From: Candidatus Sumerlaeia bacterium
Lineage (GTDB): Bacteria > Sumerlaeota > Sumerlaeia > SLMS01 > JANRJK01
Assembly: GCA_033764015.1 (NCBI GenBank)
Contig: JANRJK010000023.1
Location: 1 to 64,000, forward strand
Direction: 5' to 3'
Length of the DNA: 64,000 bases
How positions within the stretch are numbered: the first letter of the stretch is position 1; each line of letters starts with the position of its first letter. The notes under the pieces are model-generated. The model saw only the letters and a program-made list of their open reading frames with translations, was not told where the DNA came from and made no database searches. The translations under genes and the position numbers were made by a program. Positions 20,115 through 29,776 of this stretch are shown here, piece after piece.

Positions 20115-20458
20115 AACTCACGCTGCATGGAGCCGCCCTCGCCGGCGGCGCACTGGACGACGCGGTGGAGGCGTTCCGCGGCGAGACGGCGCTCGCCCTC
20201 GTCCGCGCGATGCAGGCCGCACGGCCGTTCCTGCTCGCGATGGACACGGGCGCGTTCATCGACTCGGTGGTCGACGGCGCTCACCGGTTCGCTGGCATCG
20301 CCCTCATCGTGAAGGGCGAATCCGACGCCGAACGCGCGGCTTCGCTCGTCGGCGCGCTCCTCGACGCGAAGCTCGCGACCCTGGCAGAGGACGAACGCGA
20401 CGGCGCGACCGGCGACCAGGCCGACGATGCATCGGCCCCCAAGGCGGTGCGCCCATGA
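20111..20458 (+). CDS. hypothetical protein
   Basis: ATGA overlaps at both ends within the amidoligase operon. Confidence 0.6.
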   Translation: MKLTLHGAALAGGALDDAVEAFRGETALALVRAMQAARPFLLAMDTGAFIDSVVDGAHRFAGIALIVKGESDAERAASLVGALLDAKLATLAEDERDGATGDQADDASAPKAVRP

Positions 20459-20700
20459 ACACGCGACCCCAGCAGCCGATTCGGGTCCCGCGCGAGGTGC
20501 TCGAAGGCATCGAGGCGGTCCGCGAGTCTGGCCGCACGAACATGCTCGACCGGATGGCGGTCCAGTACATCGCGAACGAGCTCGAGTACTTCGCGACGGT
20601 CATCTGGCTTGAGGATCACCGCGACGACTACGCGCGCGGCCTGTTCCACGGGTTCGAGCCCGTCGGCGGCGAGCCGGGCGCTCCGGGGGAGGCACGCTGA
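20455..20700 (+). CDS. DUF5049-like small protein
   Basis: IEAVRESGRTNMLD..VQ.IA motif. Confidence 0.7.
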   Translation: MNTRPQQPIRVPREVLEGIEAVRESGRTNMLDRMAVQYIANELEYFATVIWLEDHRDDYARGLFHGFEPVGGEPGAPGEAR

Positions 20701-21485
20701 TGTGCGGCCTCGTCGGCATCCTGTTCGGCGCGAAGCGCCGCCGCGCGGACGAGCGCGCGCACCTCGCCGAGGTGTTCACGCGCCTCCTCGAACTGAGCGA
20801 GGAGCGCGGCCCGCACGCCACCGGCGTCGCCTGGGTGAACCGCGACGGCGAGCACGCGCTCCTCAAGCACCCGCTCCCGGCGCGAGTGTTCACGCTGCTC
20901 TCCGGCTACCCCGAACTTCTCGCCGAGCTCGACAACCGCGCGACGATCCTCATGGGCCACGCGCGCTGGCCCACGCGCGGTTCCGAGGAGAACAACCGGA
21001 ACAACCACCCGATCCGCGCCGGCGACGTGCTCGGCACGCACAACGGCACGATCGTCAACGCAGAGGCGCTGTTCCGCCGGTTCCGCATGCGCCCGCAGAC
21101 GGAGGTGGACACCGAGGTGCTGGTGCGCGCCGCCGCCGCCGCGTGGGCCGACGGCACCCTCGACATCGAGGACCTGAAGGACCGCATCGCGCTCTGCCGC
21201 GGGCAGTTGACTGCCGTCCTCGCGTCGCGCGCCGACCCCGAGCGCGTGATCGTGCTGAAGGGTAACAAGCCGCTCGCGCTGCGCCATCACCGGCGGTACC
21301 GCGCGGTCGCCTACGCGAGCGATCCCGCCTACCTCGACGAGACCCTCGCCGGCGAGCGCGGCTGGCGCGAAGTCCCGCTCCCCGAGATGCACCTCGCCGT
21401 GTTCGACGCCGAGCGCATCTCCGAGCCCACCGTCGAGCCGTTCACGTTCATCGCGCGCTCCCCCGCGCGCAGCCACGTCTCCTAG
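20700..21485 (+). CDS. class II (Ntn) glutamine amidotransferase
   Basis: MCGLVG N-terminal Cys, RGPHATG, GHARWPT, NNHP, HNGTI, DTE. Confidence 0.9.
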   Translation: MCGLVGILFGAKRRRADERAHLAEVFTRLLELSEERGPHATGVAWVNRDGEHALLKHPLPARVFTLLSGYPELLAELDNRATILMGHARWPTRGSEENNRNNHPIRAGDVLGTHNGTIVNAEALFRRFRMRPQTEVDTEVLVRAAAAAWADGTLDIEDLKDRIALCRGQLTAVLASRADPERVIVLKGNKPLALRHHRRYRAVAYASDPAYLDETLAGERGWREVPLPEMHLAVFDAERISEPTVEPFTFIARSPARSHVS

Positions 21486-21505
21486 GAGCCAGAAGAGGCA
21501 GCCCC

Positions 21506-22051
21506 ATGATCCCGCCGAAGCACACGAAGAAGGACGAGCCGGAGGGCCGGCGCGATGGAGGCGACCCAGGCGGTGGTGGGGGAGCTACGGCTGATGCCCC
21601 CGCCGGAGGTGCCGGCCCCGTGCTCCGCCTCGCTGTCTACGGCACCCTGCGCCGCGGTGGCCCGAACCACGACCGCTTCATGCGCGGCTACCGCTCGGTC
21701 GAGGAGATCACCCTGCGCGGCCGCCTGCGCTGGCTCACCGCGACGATCCCGATCCTCGAAGTCCCCGCAGAGGACATCGTGGCCGTCGGCAGCGCAGACC
21801 CCCTCGCCGACATGCGCTTGGCCGAACGCCTGCAGCGCGAGTCTCTGGGGGAAGCGCGCCCCGCGGTCGCCGGAACCTGGGACGAGGTCCCCGCCGAGCT
21901 GTTCACGTTCGACGACCCGGAAACTCGCCTGCCGCCGCTGGACCGCCTCGAGGGGTTCCGCCCCGGCGTGCGCAGCCTCTACCGCCGCGTGCTGCTGGGG
22001 AGGCCATGGGGATGCTGGGTTTACGTGGAGGGAGACGGACGGGGGGAGTGA
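21506..22051 (+). CDS. gamma-glutamylcyclotransferase (AIG2-like)
   Basis: AVYGTLRRG..NH, LDRLEG, YRR, WVY. Confidence 0.85.
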   Translation: MIPPKHTKKDEPEGRRDGGDPGGGGGATADAPAGGAGPVLRLAVYGTLRRGGPNHDRFMRGYRSVEEITLRGRLRWLTATIPILEVPAEDIVAVGSADPLADMRLAERLQRESLGEARPAVAGTWDEVPAELFTFDDPETRLPPLDRLEGFRPGVRSLYRRVLLGRPWGCWVYVEGDGRGE

Positions 22052-22286
22052 TCCGGGGTCCCCGCACCTCTCCCCAGCGCAGGTTCCGCGAGCATCCGCA
22101 CTCCCCCGGGGCCGGTTTCGGTTGGCACCGCACATACCGCCCGAGTAACCTCCATCCCTTGGCTTTGCCGGAGGCCGACACCGAAGGGGGACGACTCGTG
22201 GAGCAACCGCAGGATCGTCATCGCATCGTGTCGGGGCACGAGGTCCCACCGCCACGACTTCGTCGGCCGCATCGGAGGGGACCGAG

Positions 22287-25200
22287 GTGAGCAATCCGTT
22301 CTTCGAGAAGCCTATCCTCAACTCCCCATACTCGTTTCCTGGTCGCCACTGGGAGCTGGATCCCAATGGCCAGCCAACCCAGCGCATCATCGAGCATCGG
22401 AGGCGGGCAGAGTTCATCACTCCGATCCCGAAGCCCAGGAAGCGGGGAAGCGCGGCCCAGCAGGAGTTCGTCTTCGACGAGGGTCGAGGACTCTCGACGC
22501 AGGAACAGCAGTACGAAAGCACCGCGTCGAACATCAACGCCCTGCGGGAGCAGCTCGACCGCTGGCGCATGATCAAGGATCCGGCGTCTTGGGGCGTATC
22601 CCCGGAGACTGCCCGGCTCCTTCAGCATTGGCGTCACCATGCGTTCAACACCGTCCGCCCTTTCTTTTGCCAAGTGGAAGCGGTCGAGACGGCCATCTGG
22701 CTGTCCGAGGTCGCGCCAAAGCTGGGATCGGCCGGCAAGTTGTTCATCGAGTACATCCAGAATGCGAACAACGACGCGAACCCGGAACTCCTGCGGATCG
22801 CGCTGAAACTCGCGACGGGCGCGGGAAAGACGACGGTCATGGCGATGCTGGTCGCCTGGCAGACCATCAACGCGGTCCGGCGCCCGAACAGCAATCGCTA
22901 CACGCGCGGGTTCCTCGTCGTCACCCCGGGCCTCACGATTCGCGACCGCCTCCGCGTGCTGAAACCCAACGACCCGGATAGCTACTACGCGAGCCGCGAG
23001 CTGGTGCCGCAGGACATGCTCGACGACCTCCAGCGTGCCAAGATCGTCATCACGAACTACCACGCGTTCAAGCTCCGCGAGCGAGTCGAGCTCTCGAAGG
23101 GCGGACGGTCCCTCCTCCAGGGACGCGGAGAGGAGCTCGACACCCTCGAAACCGAGGGGCAGATGTTGCAGCGCGTGATGCCGGAGCTGATGGGGATGAA
23201 GAACATCCTCGTGCTGAACGACGAGGCCCATCACTGCTACCGCGAGAAGCCCGGCGACCCCGATGACGACGCCGACCTGAAGGGCGAAGAGCGGACCGAG
23301 GCCGAGAAGAACAACGAAGCCGCACGGCTTTGGATCTCCGGCATCGAAGCCGTCAGCCGCAACATCGGCGTCCGCCACGTCATCGATCTTTCCGCCACAC
23401 CGTTCTTCCTTCGTGGGTCCGGCTATGCAGAAGGCACCTTGTTCCCCTGGACGATGAGCGACTTCTCGCTCATGGACGCCATCGAGTGCGGCATCGTGAA
23501 GCTCCCTCGCGTGCCTGTTGCCGACAACATTCCCGGCATGGACATGCCCAAGTTCCGCAACCTCTGGGAGCACATCCGCAGCCGCATGCCGAAGAAGGGG
23601 CGCGGCAAGGCAAAGGACCTCGATCCGCTGAGCCTGCCCGTGGAACTCCAGACCGCCCTCGATGCGCTCTACGGCCACTACGTGAAGACGTTCGAGCTCT
23701 GGCAGCGCGAGGGTATCCGGGTCCCTCCCTGCTTCATCGTCGTCTGCAACAACACCTCCACGTCGAAGCTCGTGTACGACTACATCTCCGGCTTCATGCG
23801 CGAGCAGGAGGACGGCACCTCGGCGCTGGTCGAGGGACGCCTCGCCCTGTTCCGCAACACCGACGAGCACGGCAACGCGCTTGCCCGGCCACGGACCCTC
23901 TTGATCGACAGCGAGCAGCTCGAGTCCGGCGAGGCCCTCGACGATAACTTCCGCCGGATGGCCGGAGACGAGATCGAGCGTTTCCGCCGCGAAGTCGTCG
24001 AGCGCACCGGTAACCCGCTTGCTGCCGAGAGCCTGACCGACCAGGAGCTGCTGCGCGAGGTCATGAACACCGTCGGAAAGCCCGGGCGTCTCGGCGAGTC
24101 CATCCGCTGCGTCGTCTCCGTGTCGATGCTCACCGAGGGCTGGGACGCGAACACGGTGACGCATGTGCTCGGCGTGCGCGCGTTCGGGACGCAGCTCCTC
24201 TGCGAGCAAGTGATCGGTCGGGCGCTCCGGCGCCAGTCTTACGAACTCAACGACGAGGGCAGCTTCAACGTCGAGTACGCCGACATCCTCGGGATACCGT
24301 TCGACTTCACCGCCAAGCCCGTTGTCGCCCCGCCCCAGGCGCCCCGCGAGACCGTCCAGGTGAAGGCGGTCAGTCCCGAGCGCGATGCCCTCGAAATCGA
24401 GTTCCCCCGCGTCCAAGGCTATCGCGTCGAGCTGCCAGAGGATGAGATCCGCGCCGAGTTCAACGAGGACTCGTTCTTGGAGCTAACACCGGACCTGGTG
24501 GGCCCTTCGGTCACCCGCAACTCCGGCATCATCGGCGAGGGCGTCGACCTCAGCCTCGAACACCTCGGGGACCTTCGCCGCTCGACCCTCCTGTTCCACC
24601 TTACGAAGCGCCTCATCCTCACGAAGTGGCGCGACCCCGGAGAGGAACCTCGCCTCACGCTGTTCGGCCCGCTCAAGCGCATCACGAAGGAGTGGCTCGA
24701 CGGGTACCTCGTGTGCAAGGGCGGCACCTACCCGGCCCAGCTCATGTACCAGGAACTCGCCGACATGGCGTGCGAGCGCATCACGGCCGCGATCACGCGC
24801 GTTCCCGGCGAGCAGAAGCGCATCAAGGCGATCCTCGATCCCTACAACCCGACCGGCTCCACGATCCACGTCAACTTCACGACGTCGAAGACCGACCGCT
24901 GGGAGACCGACTCTCGCCGCTGCCACGTCAACTGGGTCGTCCTCGACAGCGACTGGGAGGCGGAGTTCTGCCGCGTTGCCGAGGCCCACCCCCGCGTCCG
25001 CGCCTACGTCAAGAACCGCGGCCTCGGCCTGGAGGTCCCCTACCAGTTCGGCTCCGAGATGCGCCGCTACATCCCGGACTTCATTGTCCTCGTGGACGAT
25101 GGCCACGGCGAGGACGACCTCCTGCGCCTGATCGTCGAGATCAAGGGCTACCGCCGCGAGGACGCGAAGGAGAAGCGGGCCACGATGGAGACGCGCTGGG

Positions 25201-25358
25201 TGCCCGGCGTGAACAACCACGGCAAGTTCGGCCGCTGGGCCTTCGCCGAGTTCGGCGACGTGTTCGCCATGGAGGCGGACTTCGCCCGCAAGGTGGCCGG
25301 CGAGTTCGAGCGCATGATCGAGAGCCAGCTCAAGACATCGGAGCCGGCGCGCCGATGA
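22287..25358 (+). CDS. type III restriction-like helicase/endonuclease (Res)
   Basis: LATGAGKT, NDEAHH, LSATP, MLTEGWDA, QVIGRALR; C-terminal YIPDF..VEIKG nuclease. Confidence 0.9.
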   Translation: MSNPFFEKPILNSPYSFPGRHWELDPNGQPTQRIIEHRRRAEFITPIPKPRKRGSAAQQEFVFDEGRGLSTQEQQYESTASNINALREQLDRWRMIKDPASWGVSPETARLLQHWRHHAFNTVRPFFCQVEAVETAIWLSEVAPKLGSAGKLFIEYIQNANNDANPELLRIALKLATGAGKTTVMAMLVAWQTINAVRRPNSNRYTRGFLVVTPGLTIRDRLRVLKPNDPDSYYASRELVPQDMLDDLQRAKIVITNYHAFKLRERVELSKGGRSLLQGRGEELDTLETEGQMLQRVMPELMGMKNILVLNDEAHHCYREKPGDPDDDADLKGEERTEAEKNNEAARLWISGIEAVSRNIGVRHVIDLSATPFFLRGSGYAEGTLFPWTMSDFSLMDAIECGIVKLPRVPVADNIPGMDMPKFRNLWEHIRSRMPKKGRGKAKDLDPLSLPVELQTALDALYGHYVKTFELWQREGIRVPPCFIVVCNNTSTSKLVYDYISGFMREQEDGTSALVEGRLALFRNTDEHGNALARPRTLLIDSEQLESGEALDDNFRRMAGDEIERFRREVVERTGNPLAAESLTDQELLREVMNTVGKPGRLGESIRCVVSVSMLTEGWDANTVTHVLGVRAFGTQLLCEQVIGRALRRQSYELNDEGSFNVEYADILGIPFDFTAKPVVAPPQAPRETVQVKAVSPERDALEIEFPRVQGYRVELPEDEIRAEFNEDSFLELTPDLVGPSVTRNSGIIGEGVDLSLEHLGDLRRSTLLFHLTKRLILTKWRDPGEEPRLTLFGPLKRITKEWLDGYLVCKGGTYPAQLMYQELADMACERITAAITRVPGEQKRIKAILDPYNPTGSTIHVNFTTSKTDRWETDSRRCHVNWVVLDSDWEAEFCRVAEAHPRVRAYVKNRGLGLEVPYQFGSEMRRYIPDFIVLVDDGHGEDDLLRLIVEIKGYRREDAKEKRATMETRWVPGVNNHGKFGRWAFAEFGDVFAMEADFARKVAGEFERMIESQLKTSEPARR

Positions 25359-25402
25359 ACGCGAAGCTGCCCATCAACCTCGACGACCTGCTCCGCCAGC
25401 GC
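25355..25402 (+). pseudogene. 16-codon remnant of a gene translationally coupled to res (possibly AlbA/Schlafen-like)
   Basis: ATGA overlap; MNAKLPINLDDLLRQR with host-like codons, then abrupt loss of coding character. Confidence 0.4.
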
Positions 25403-25480
25403 GCTGAGATCGTCTCCCAGAGTTTTCCTGCTGGGGCGCCCTCCCGCCGGACCTGCACGGCGTCAACCGCCAGAGGGACC

Positions 25481-25524
25481 AGCCTCCTAGGAGGCTTGAC
25501 ACCCTGCCGCCCCAGCGGCATCGT
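25481..25524 (+). promoter_or_regulatory. sigma70-type promoter with 16-bp palindrome
   Basis: TTGACA 25496-25501, 17-bp spacer, CATCGT 25519-25524; perfect palindrome AGCCTCCTAGGAGGCT at 25481-25496. Confidence 0.6.
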
Positions 25525-25530
25525 CACCTC

Positions 25531-25601
25531 ACATCCGCCCCGTGGCAGTAAGCCCGCTCACCTATCCCGAGCGTGTGCCGAGCCCACGGGGCTTTTTCTT
25601 T
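25531..25601 (+). ncRNA. putative structured leader/antitoxin RNA ending in an intrinsic-terminator-like U tract
   Basis: GCCCCGTGG 25537-25545 pairs with CCACGGGGC 25584-25592; inner hairpin CGCTC/GAGCG; then TTTTTCTTT. Confidence 0.55.
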
Positions 25602-25629
25602 GTCTGTCAGTTCATCGGGAGGCCGCAGA

Positions 25630-26484
25630 GTGAGCGACCGGCGCATTGCCGTCTTGATCGACGGGGGCTTTTTCCTTCACCGCCTGCCGAAGCTCGTTCC
25701 GTCGGCGGATCACGAGACAACTGAGGGCATCGTCCGAAGCGTCGTCCGACTATGCCGAAATCACGTGAAGATCCTTACGGGTGTGGGGAACAATGACGAC
25801 CGTTGGCATCGTCACATCTACCGTACCTTCTATTACGATGCCGCGCCGTACGAGGGGAAGGCACACCATCCGATCGACAACCGGCCAATCGACTTCGACA
25901 AGAGCGACCTCGCCAAGTCTCGCCGCGACCTGTTCGCCGCGTTGCGCCGCCACCCGAAGATGGCCCTGCGTCTGGGAAAGGTCAGCAAAGAGGGCGACTG
26001 GCGCATCTCGCCAAGCCTCACCAAGAAAGTCCTGCGCACTCGCCAACTCGCCACGGTGCTGGCGGCTCTCGGAACACAGCCCCCCGCAGGCTCGCCGGAA
26101 ACGGTCACCGATCTCCAGCTGACCCCTGAACAGGCAAGAACGCTGCGCGATTTGCGCGACTTCTGGGCTGGGATCGGGGCCGGAGCAGTTGCACTGGAAC
26201 TCCGTCAGAAGGGCGTAGATATGCGGATCGGGCTGGACATAGCCACGATGACCCTGAAGCGGCAGGTGGACACGATCGTGCTGGTCGCGGGTGATAGCGA
26301 CTTTGTTCCAGCCGCCAAGCTCGCTCGGCGAGAGGGCGTTCAGTTCGTCCTCGATCCACTTTGGCAACAGGTCAACGACGACCTACACGAGCACATTGAT
26401 ACACTCCAGTCAGGGCTGCCACGGCCGAGCGCCACGGCCACAGCCCCGATGTCCTCGGATCCAGCAGAACAGGGAGCTGAATAA
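25630..26484 (+). CDS. NYN (LabA/DUF88, PIN-fold) ribonuclease
   Basis: GGGAGG + GTG; LIDGGF, FYYDA, QKGVDMRIGLD, AGDSDFVPAAK. Confidence 0.9.
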   Translation: MSDRRIAVLIDGGFFLHRLPKLVPSADHETTEGIVRSVVRLCRNHVKILTGVGNNDDRWHRHIYRTFYYDAAPYEGKAHHPIDNRPIDFDKSDLAKSRRDLFAALRRHPKMALRLGKVSKEGDWRISPSLTKKVLRTRQLATVLAALGTQPPAGSPETVTDLQLTPEQARTLRDLRDFWAGIGAGAVALELRQKGVDMRIGLDIATMTLKRQVDTIVLVAGDSDFVPAAKLARREGVQFVLDPLWQQVNDDLHEHIDTLQSGLPRPSATATAPMSSDPAEQGAE

Positions 26485-29429
26485 TGGCCAAGAAGCCCTC
26501 CGCACCCAAGTCCGTCGAGGCCCTCAAGCACGCCGACGCCACACGCAAGAACATCCCCACCGCCGAGTACCAGGCCGTCGTCGCCAAGGAGCAGCAGGAC
26601 CCCCTCCGCGTCGCCTTCGAACGCCGCAACCGCGACCTCGACCCACAGCTCGTCTGGCGCGGCAAGGACCTCGTCGACTGGTCCGACCTCGTCGCTCCCG
26701 CGCCGCCGCTCTACATCCAGGAGAAGATCCACCCCAAGGCCCTCATCGACGACCTCCTGCGCCGCACCGCCGCCGACGCCCGCGACAACGCATCCGCCCC
26801 CGACCTCTTCGGCGATTTCAACGGCTTCCCCGAAGGCGCCGACAAGACCGAGTTCTACGCCCACGACGGCAAGTGGTCCAACCGCATGATCCTCGGCGAC
26901 AGCCTCCAGGTCATGGCCTCCCTCGCCGAACGCGAGGGCCTCCGCGGCAAGGTCCAGTGCATCTACCTCGATCCCCCCTACGGCATCAAATTCAACTCCA
27001 ACTTCCAGTGGTCCACCACCAGCCGCGACGTGAAGGACGGCAACGTCGAGCACATCACCCGCGAACCCGAGCAGGTGAAGGCCTTCCGCGACACTTGGCG
27101 CGACGGCATCCACTCCTACCTCACGTACCTGCGCGACCGCCTCACCGTCGCCCGGGAACTGCTCACCGAAAGCGGCTCCATCTTCGTTCAGATCGGCGAT
27201 GAGAACGTGCACCGGGTTCGGGCGCTGATGGATGAGGTGTTTGGGGAGGAGAATTTCGTGGCCCAAATCTCCAGCAAGACATCTGGAGGTTCTACAGGGG
27301 TCTACTTGTCTGGAGTGAATGACTTCGTGCTTTGGTACGCGCGAAACTGCGAATGCACCAAGTTCAGGATGCTACTACGCTCAAAGGACTTGGGAGACTC
27401 GGGGAGCGATAAGTATGGAAGAGTTCGGCTCTCGGATTTGACTACGAGAAACCTGAACCAGGGAGAGCGGCTAGCCGAAGTAGAACTGCCACAGGGAGCG
27501 AGGCCATACCGCCAAGATAATCTGACCAGCCAGAGTGTGGGGCGCGATAAAGGTGAAGGAGCGGCTTCTTGGTTCGCTGTTCGTGTGTCGGGTCGCGAAA
27601 TCCTACCATCGATGAAGGTGCGGTGGAAGACCAACGAGCTTGGTATGTCGCGACTCCAGAGAGCAGAGCGCGTCGAGATTACAGGAGAGAGCCTCGCCTA
27701 CGTCCGTTACCTTGATGACTTCAGCGCGGTCATCATCAACAATTCATGGACCGATGTTGGCGGAGTACAGAGTCGGGCAGATCCGAAGGTATACGTGGTC
27801 CAGACGCCCACAACCGTCATCCAGCGCTGCCTCCTCATGGCCACCGACCCTGGCGACCTCGTCCTCGACCCGACCTGCGGGTCCGGCACCACGGCCTATG
27901 TCGCCGAGCAGTGGGGGCGACGCTGGATCACCATCGACACATCCCGCGTCGCCCTCGCCCTCGCCCGCGCACGCCTCATGGGTGCCCGCTATCCCTACTA
28001 CCTCCTCGCCGATTCCCCCGAGGGGCAGGCGAAGGAAGCCGAAGTCACCCGCCGCGCCCCCTCCACCAAGCCCACCTACGGCAACATCCGCCACGGCTTC
28101 GTCTATGAACGCGTCCCCCACATCACGCTGAAGAGCATCGCGAACAACGCGGAGATCGACGTGATCTGGGAGACGCACCAACCGCGCGTCGCCGGCGCCC
28201 TCGACCGCCTGAACGCCGCCCTCCGCGGCCACAAGACGCCCTACCGCGTCACGAACGGCGGCCGCGCCGGCAAGGACGTCCGCTTCGACGCGCCCGACGC
28301 CGCCACCTTCACCATGCCCAGCGGCGAGGTGGTCCCCGCCCACGCCCTGGTCGAATGGGAGGTCCCCCGCGAAGCCCCCGCCGGATGGCCCGCCGCCGCC
28401 GCGAAGCCCCTCGCCGACTTCTGGGAAGCCCGCATCGCCCGCCAGCGCGAGATGGACAAGAGCATCGCCGCGAAGGCCGATACGGAGTACCTCTACGACA
28501 AGCCCTACGACGACAAGAAACGCGTCCGAGTCGCGGGGCCCTTCACGGTCGAGAGCCTCTCGCCGCACCGGGTGCTCGGCGTCGGCGCGGATGACGAGCT
28601 GATCGATTCCGTGGCGGAAGCAGAGAAGCGCTACGGCGGGGTCATGTCCTTCGCGGACATGATCCTGGAAAACCTGCGCACCGCGGGCGTCCAGCAGGCG
28701 CACAAGGAGGACAAGATCGCGTTCACGTCGCTGGTGCCCTGGGCCGGCGAGTACATCGGCGCGGAGGGGCGCTACACGGAGGGCTCGGGCGCAGACGCCA
28801 AGGAGCGCCGAGCGGGGATCTTCATCGGGCCGGAGTTCGGAACGGTCTCGCGCCCCGACCTCGTAGCCGCGGCCCGCGAGGCCGGCGACGCGAACTTCGA
28901 CGTCCTGATTGCGTGCGCGTTCAACTACGATGCACACTCGACGGAGTTCGCGAAGCTGGGCCGGATCCCGATCCTGAAGGCACGCATGAACGCGGACCTC
29001 CACATGGCGGACGACCTGAAGAACACGGGGAAGGGGAACCTCTTCGTGATCTTCGGCGAGCCGGACATCGACCTGATCGCGGACCCGGACGGGCGCTACC
29101 GGGTGAAAGTGAACGGCGTGGACGTCTTCCGCCCCAACACGGGCGAAGTCGTGAGCGACAGCGCCGACGGCATCGCCTGCTGGTTCCTGGACACGGACTA
29201 CAACGAGGAGAGCTTCTTCGTGCGCCACGCCTACTTCCTCGGCGCGAACGACCCGTACAAGGCGCTCAAGACAACGCTCAAGGCCGAGATCAACGAGGAC
29301 GCCTGGGCCACGCTGAACAGCGACACGAGCCGCCCCTTCGATGCCCCCAAGAGCGGCCGCATCGCCGTGAAGGTGATCAACCACCTGGGTGATGAAGTGA
29401 TGAAGGTGTTTAGGGTGGGAGTGAAGTGA
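26484..29429 (+). CDS. type III-like N6-adenine DNA methyltransferase (Mod)
   Basis: NRMILGDSL, IYLDPPYGIKF, VLDPTCGSGTT (beta-class motif order); C-terminal IAVKVIN. Confidence 0.92.
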   Translation: MAKKPSAPKSVEALKHADATRKNIPTAEYQAVVAKEQQDPLRVAFERRNRDLDPQLVWRGKDLVDWSDLVAPAPPLYIQEKIHPKALIDDLLRRTAADARDNASAPDLFGDFNGFPEGADKTEFYAHDGKWSNRMILGDSLQVMASLAEREGLRGKVQCIYLDPPYGIKFNSNFQWSTTSRDVKDGNVEHITREPEQVKAFRDTWRDGIHSYLTYLRDRLTVARELLTESGSIFVQIGDENVHRVRALMDEVFGEENFVAQISSKTSGGSTGVYLSGVNDFVLWYARNCECTKFRMLLRSKDLGDSGSDKYGRVRLSDLTTRNLNQGERLAEVELPQGARPYRQDNLTSQSVGRDKGEGAASWFAVRVSGREILPSMKVRWKTNELGMSRLQRAERVEITGESLAYVRYLDDFSAVIINNSWTDVGGVQSRADPKVYVVQTPTTVIQRCLLMATDPGDLVLDPTCGSGTTAYVAEQWGRRWITIDTSRVALALARARLMGARYPYYLLADSPEGQAKEAEVTRRAPSTKPTYGNIRHGFVYERVPHITLKSIANNAEIDVIWETHQPRVAGALDRLNAALRGHKTPYRVTNGGRAGKDVRFDAPDAATFTMPSGEVVPAHALVEWEVPREAPAGWPAAAAKPLADFWEARIARQREMDKSIAAKADTEYLYDKPYDDKKRVRVAGPFTVESLSPHRVLGVGADDELIDSVAEAEKRYGGVMSFADMILENLRTAGVQQAHKEDKIAFTSLVPWAGEYIGAEGRYTEGSGADAKERRAGIFIGPEFGTVSRPDLVAAAREAGDANFDVLIACAFNYDAHSTEFAKLGRIPILKARMNADLHMADDLKNTGKGNLFVIFGEPDIDLIADPDGRYRVKVNGVDVFRPNTGEVVSDSADGIACWFLDTDYNEESFFVRHAYFLGANDPYKALKTTLKAEINEDAWATLNSDTSRPFDAPKSGRIAVKVINHLGDEVMKVFRVGVK

Positions 29430-29776
29430 GCGCGCGCAATCTCAGCGAGAAGAGCCAGACAATCCTTCGCCTCATAGCAGACGGTTTGAGCTACGAGCAG
29501 ATCGTGGCGCATCGAGCCGGCATTCGGTATCCGGACATCTTCGCTGCTGCGAAGGAGGCCCTCGAGCTCTTGGCAGACAGGCCGGGACATGCTGCACGCC
29601 TCGAACAGATAAAGGCCCAGCACCCGCAGGCATACGCCCCCTGGACCAAGGATGCCGACGAAGAGCTCGCTCTCCTCCATTCGGAGAGTAGATCGGTTGG
29701 AGAGATGGCGGAGCATTTCGGACGTCAGCCGTCCGCGATTCGTTCGCGACTGCGGAAGCTGGGACTCGTCGAGTGA
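29426..29776 (+). CDS. small HTH-type protein
   Basis: GTGA overlaps; WTKDADEEL..MAEHFGRQPSAIRSRLRKLGL. Confidence 0.7.
   Translation: MSARNLSEKSQTILRLIADGLSYEQIVAHRAGIRYPDIFAAAKEALELLADRPGHAARLEQIKAQHPQAYAPWTKDADEELALLHSESRSVGEMAEHFGRQPSAIRSRLRKLGLVE

Larger units (their letters stand above)
778..22051 (+). mobile_element. degraded prophage (head, contractile-tail remnants, amidoligase module) with inserted cargo
   Basis: Co-oriented head genes, gpD-like and gpI-like fragments, nonsense and frameshift lesions. No terminase, portal, sheath or integrase in the window. Boundaries approximate. Confidence 0.8.
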
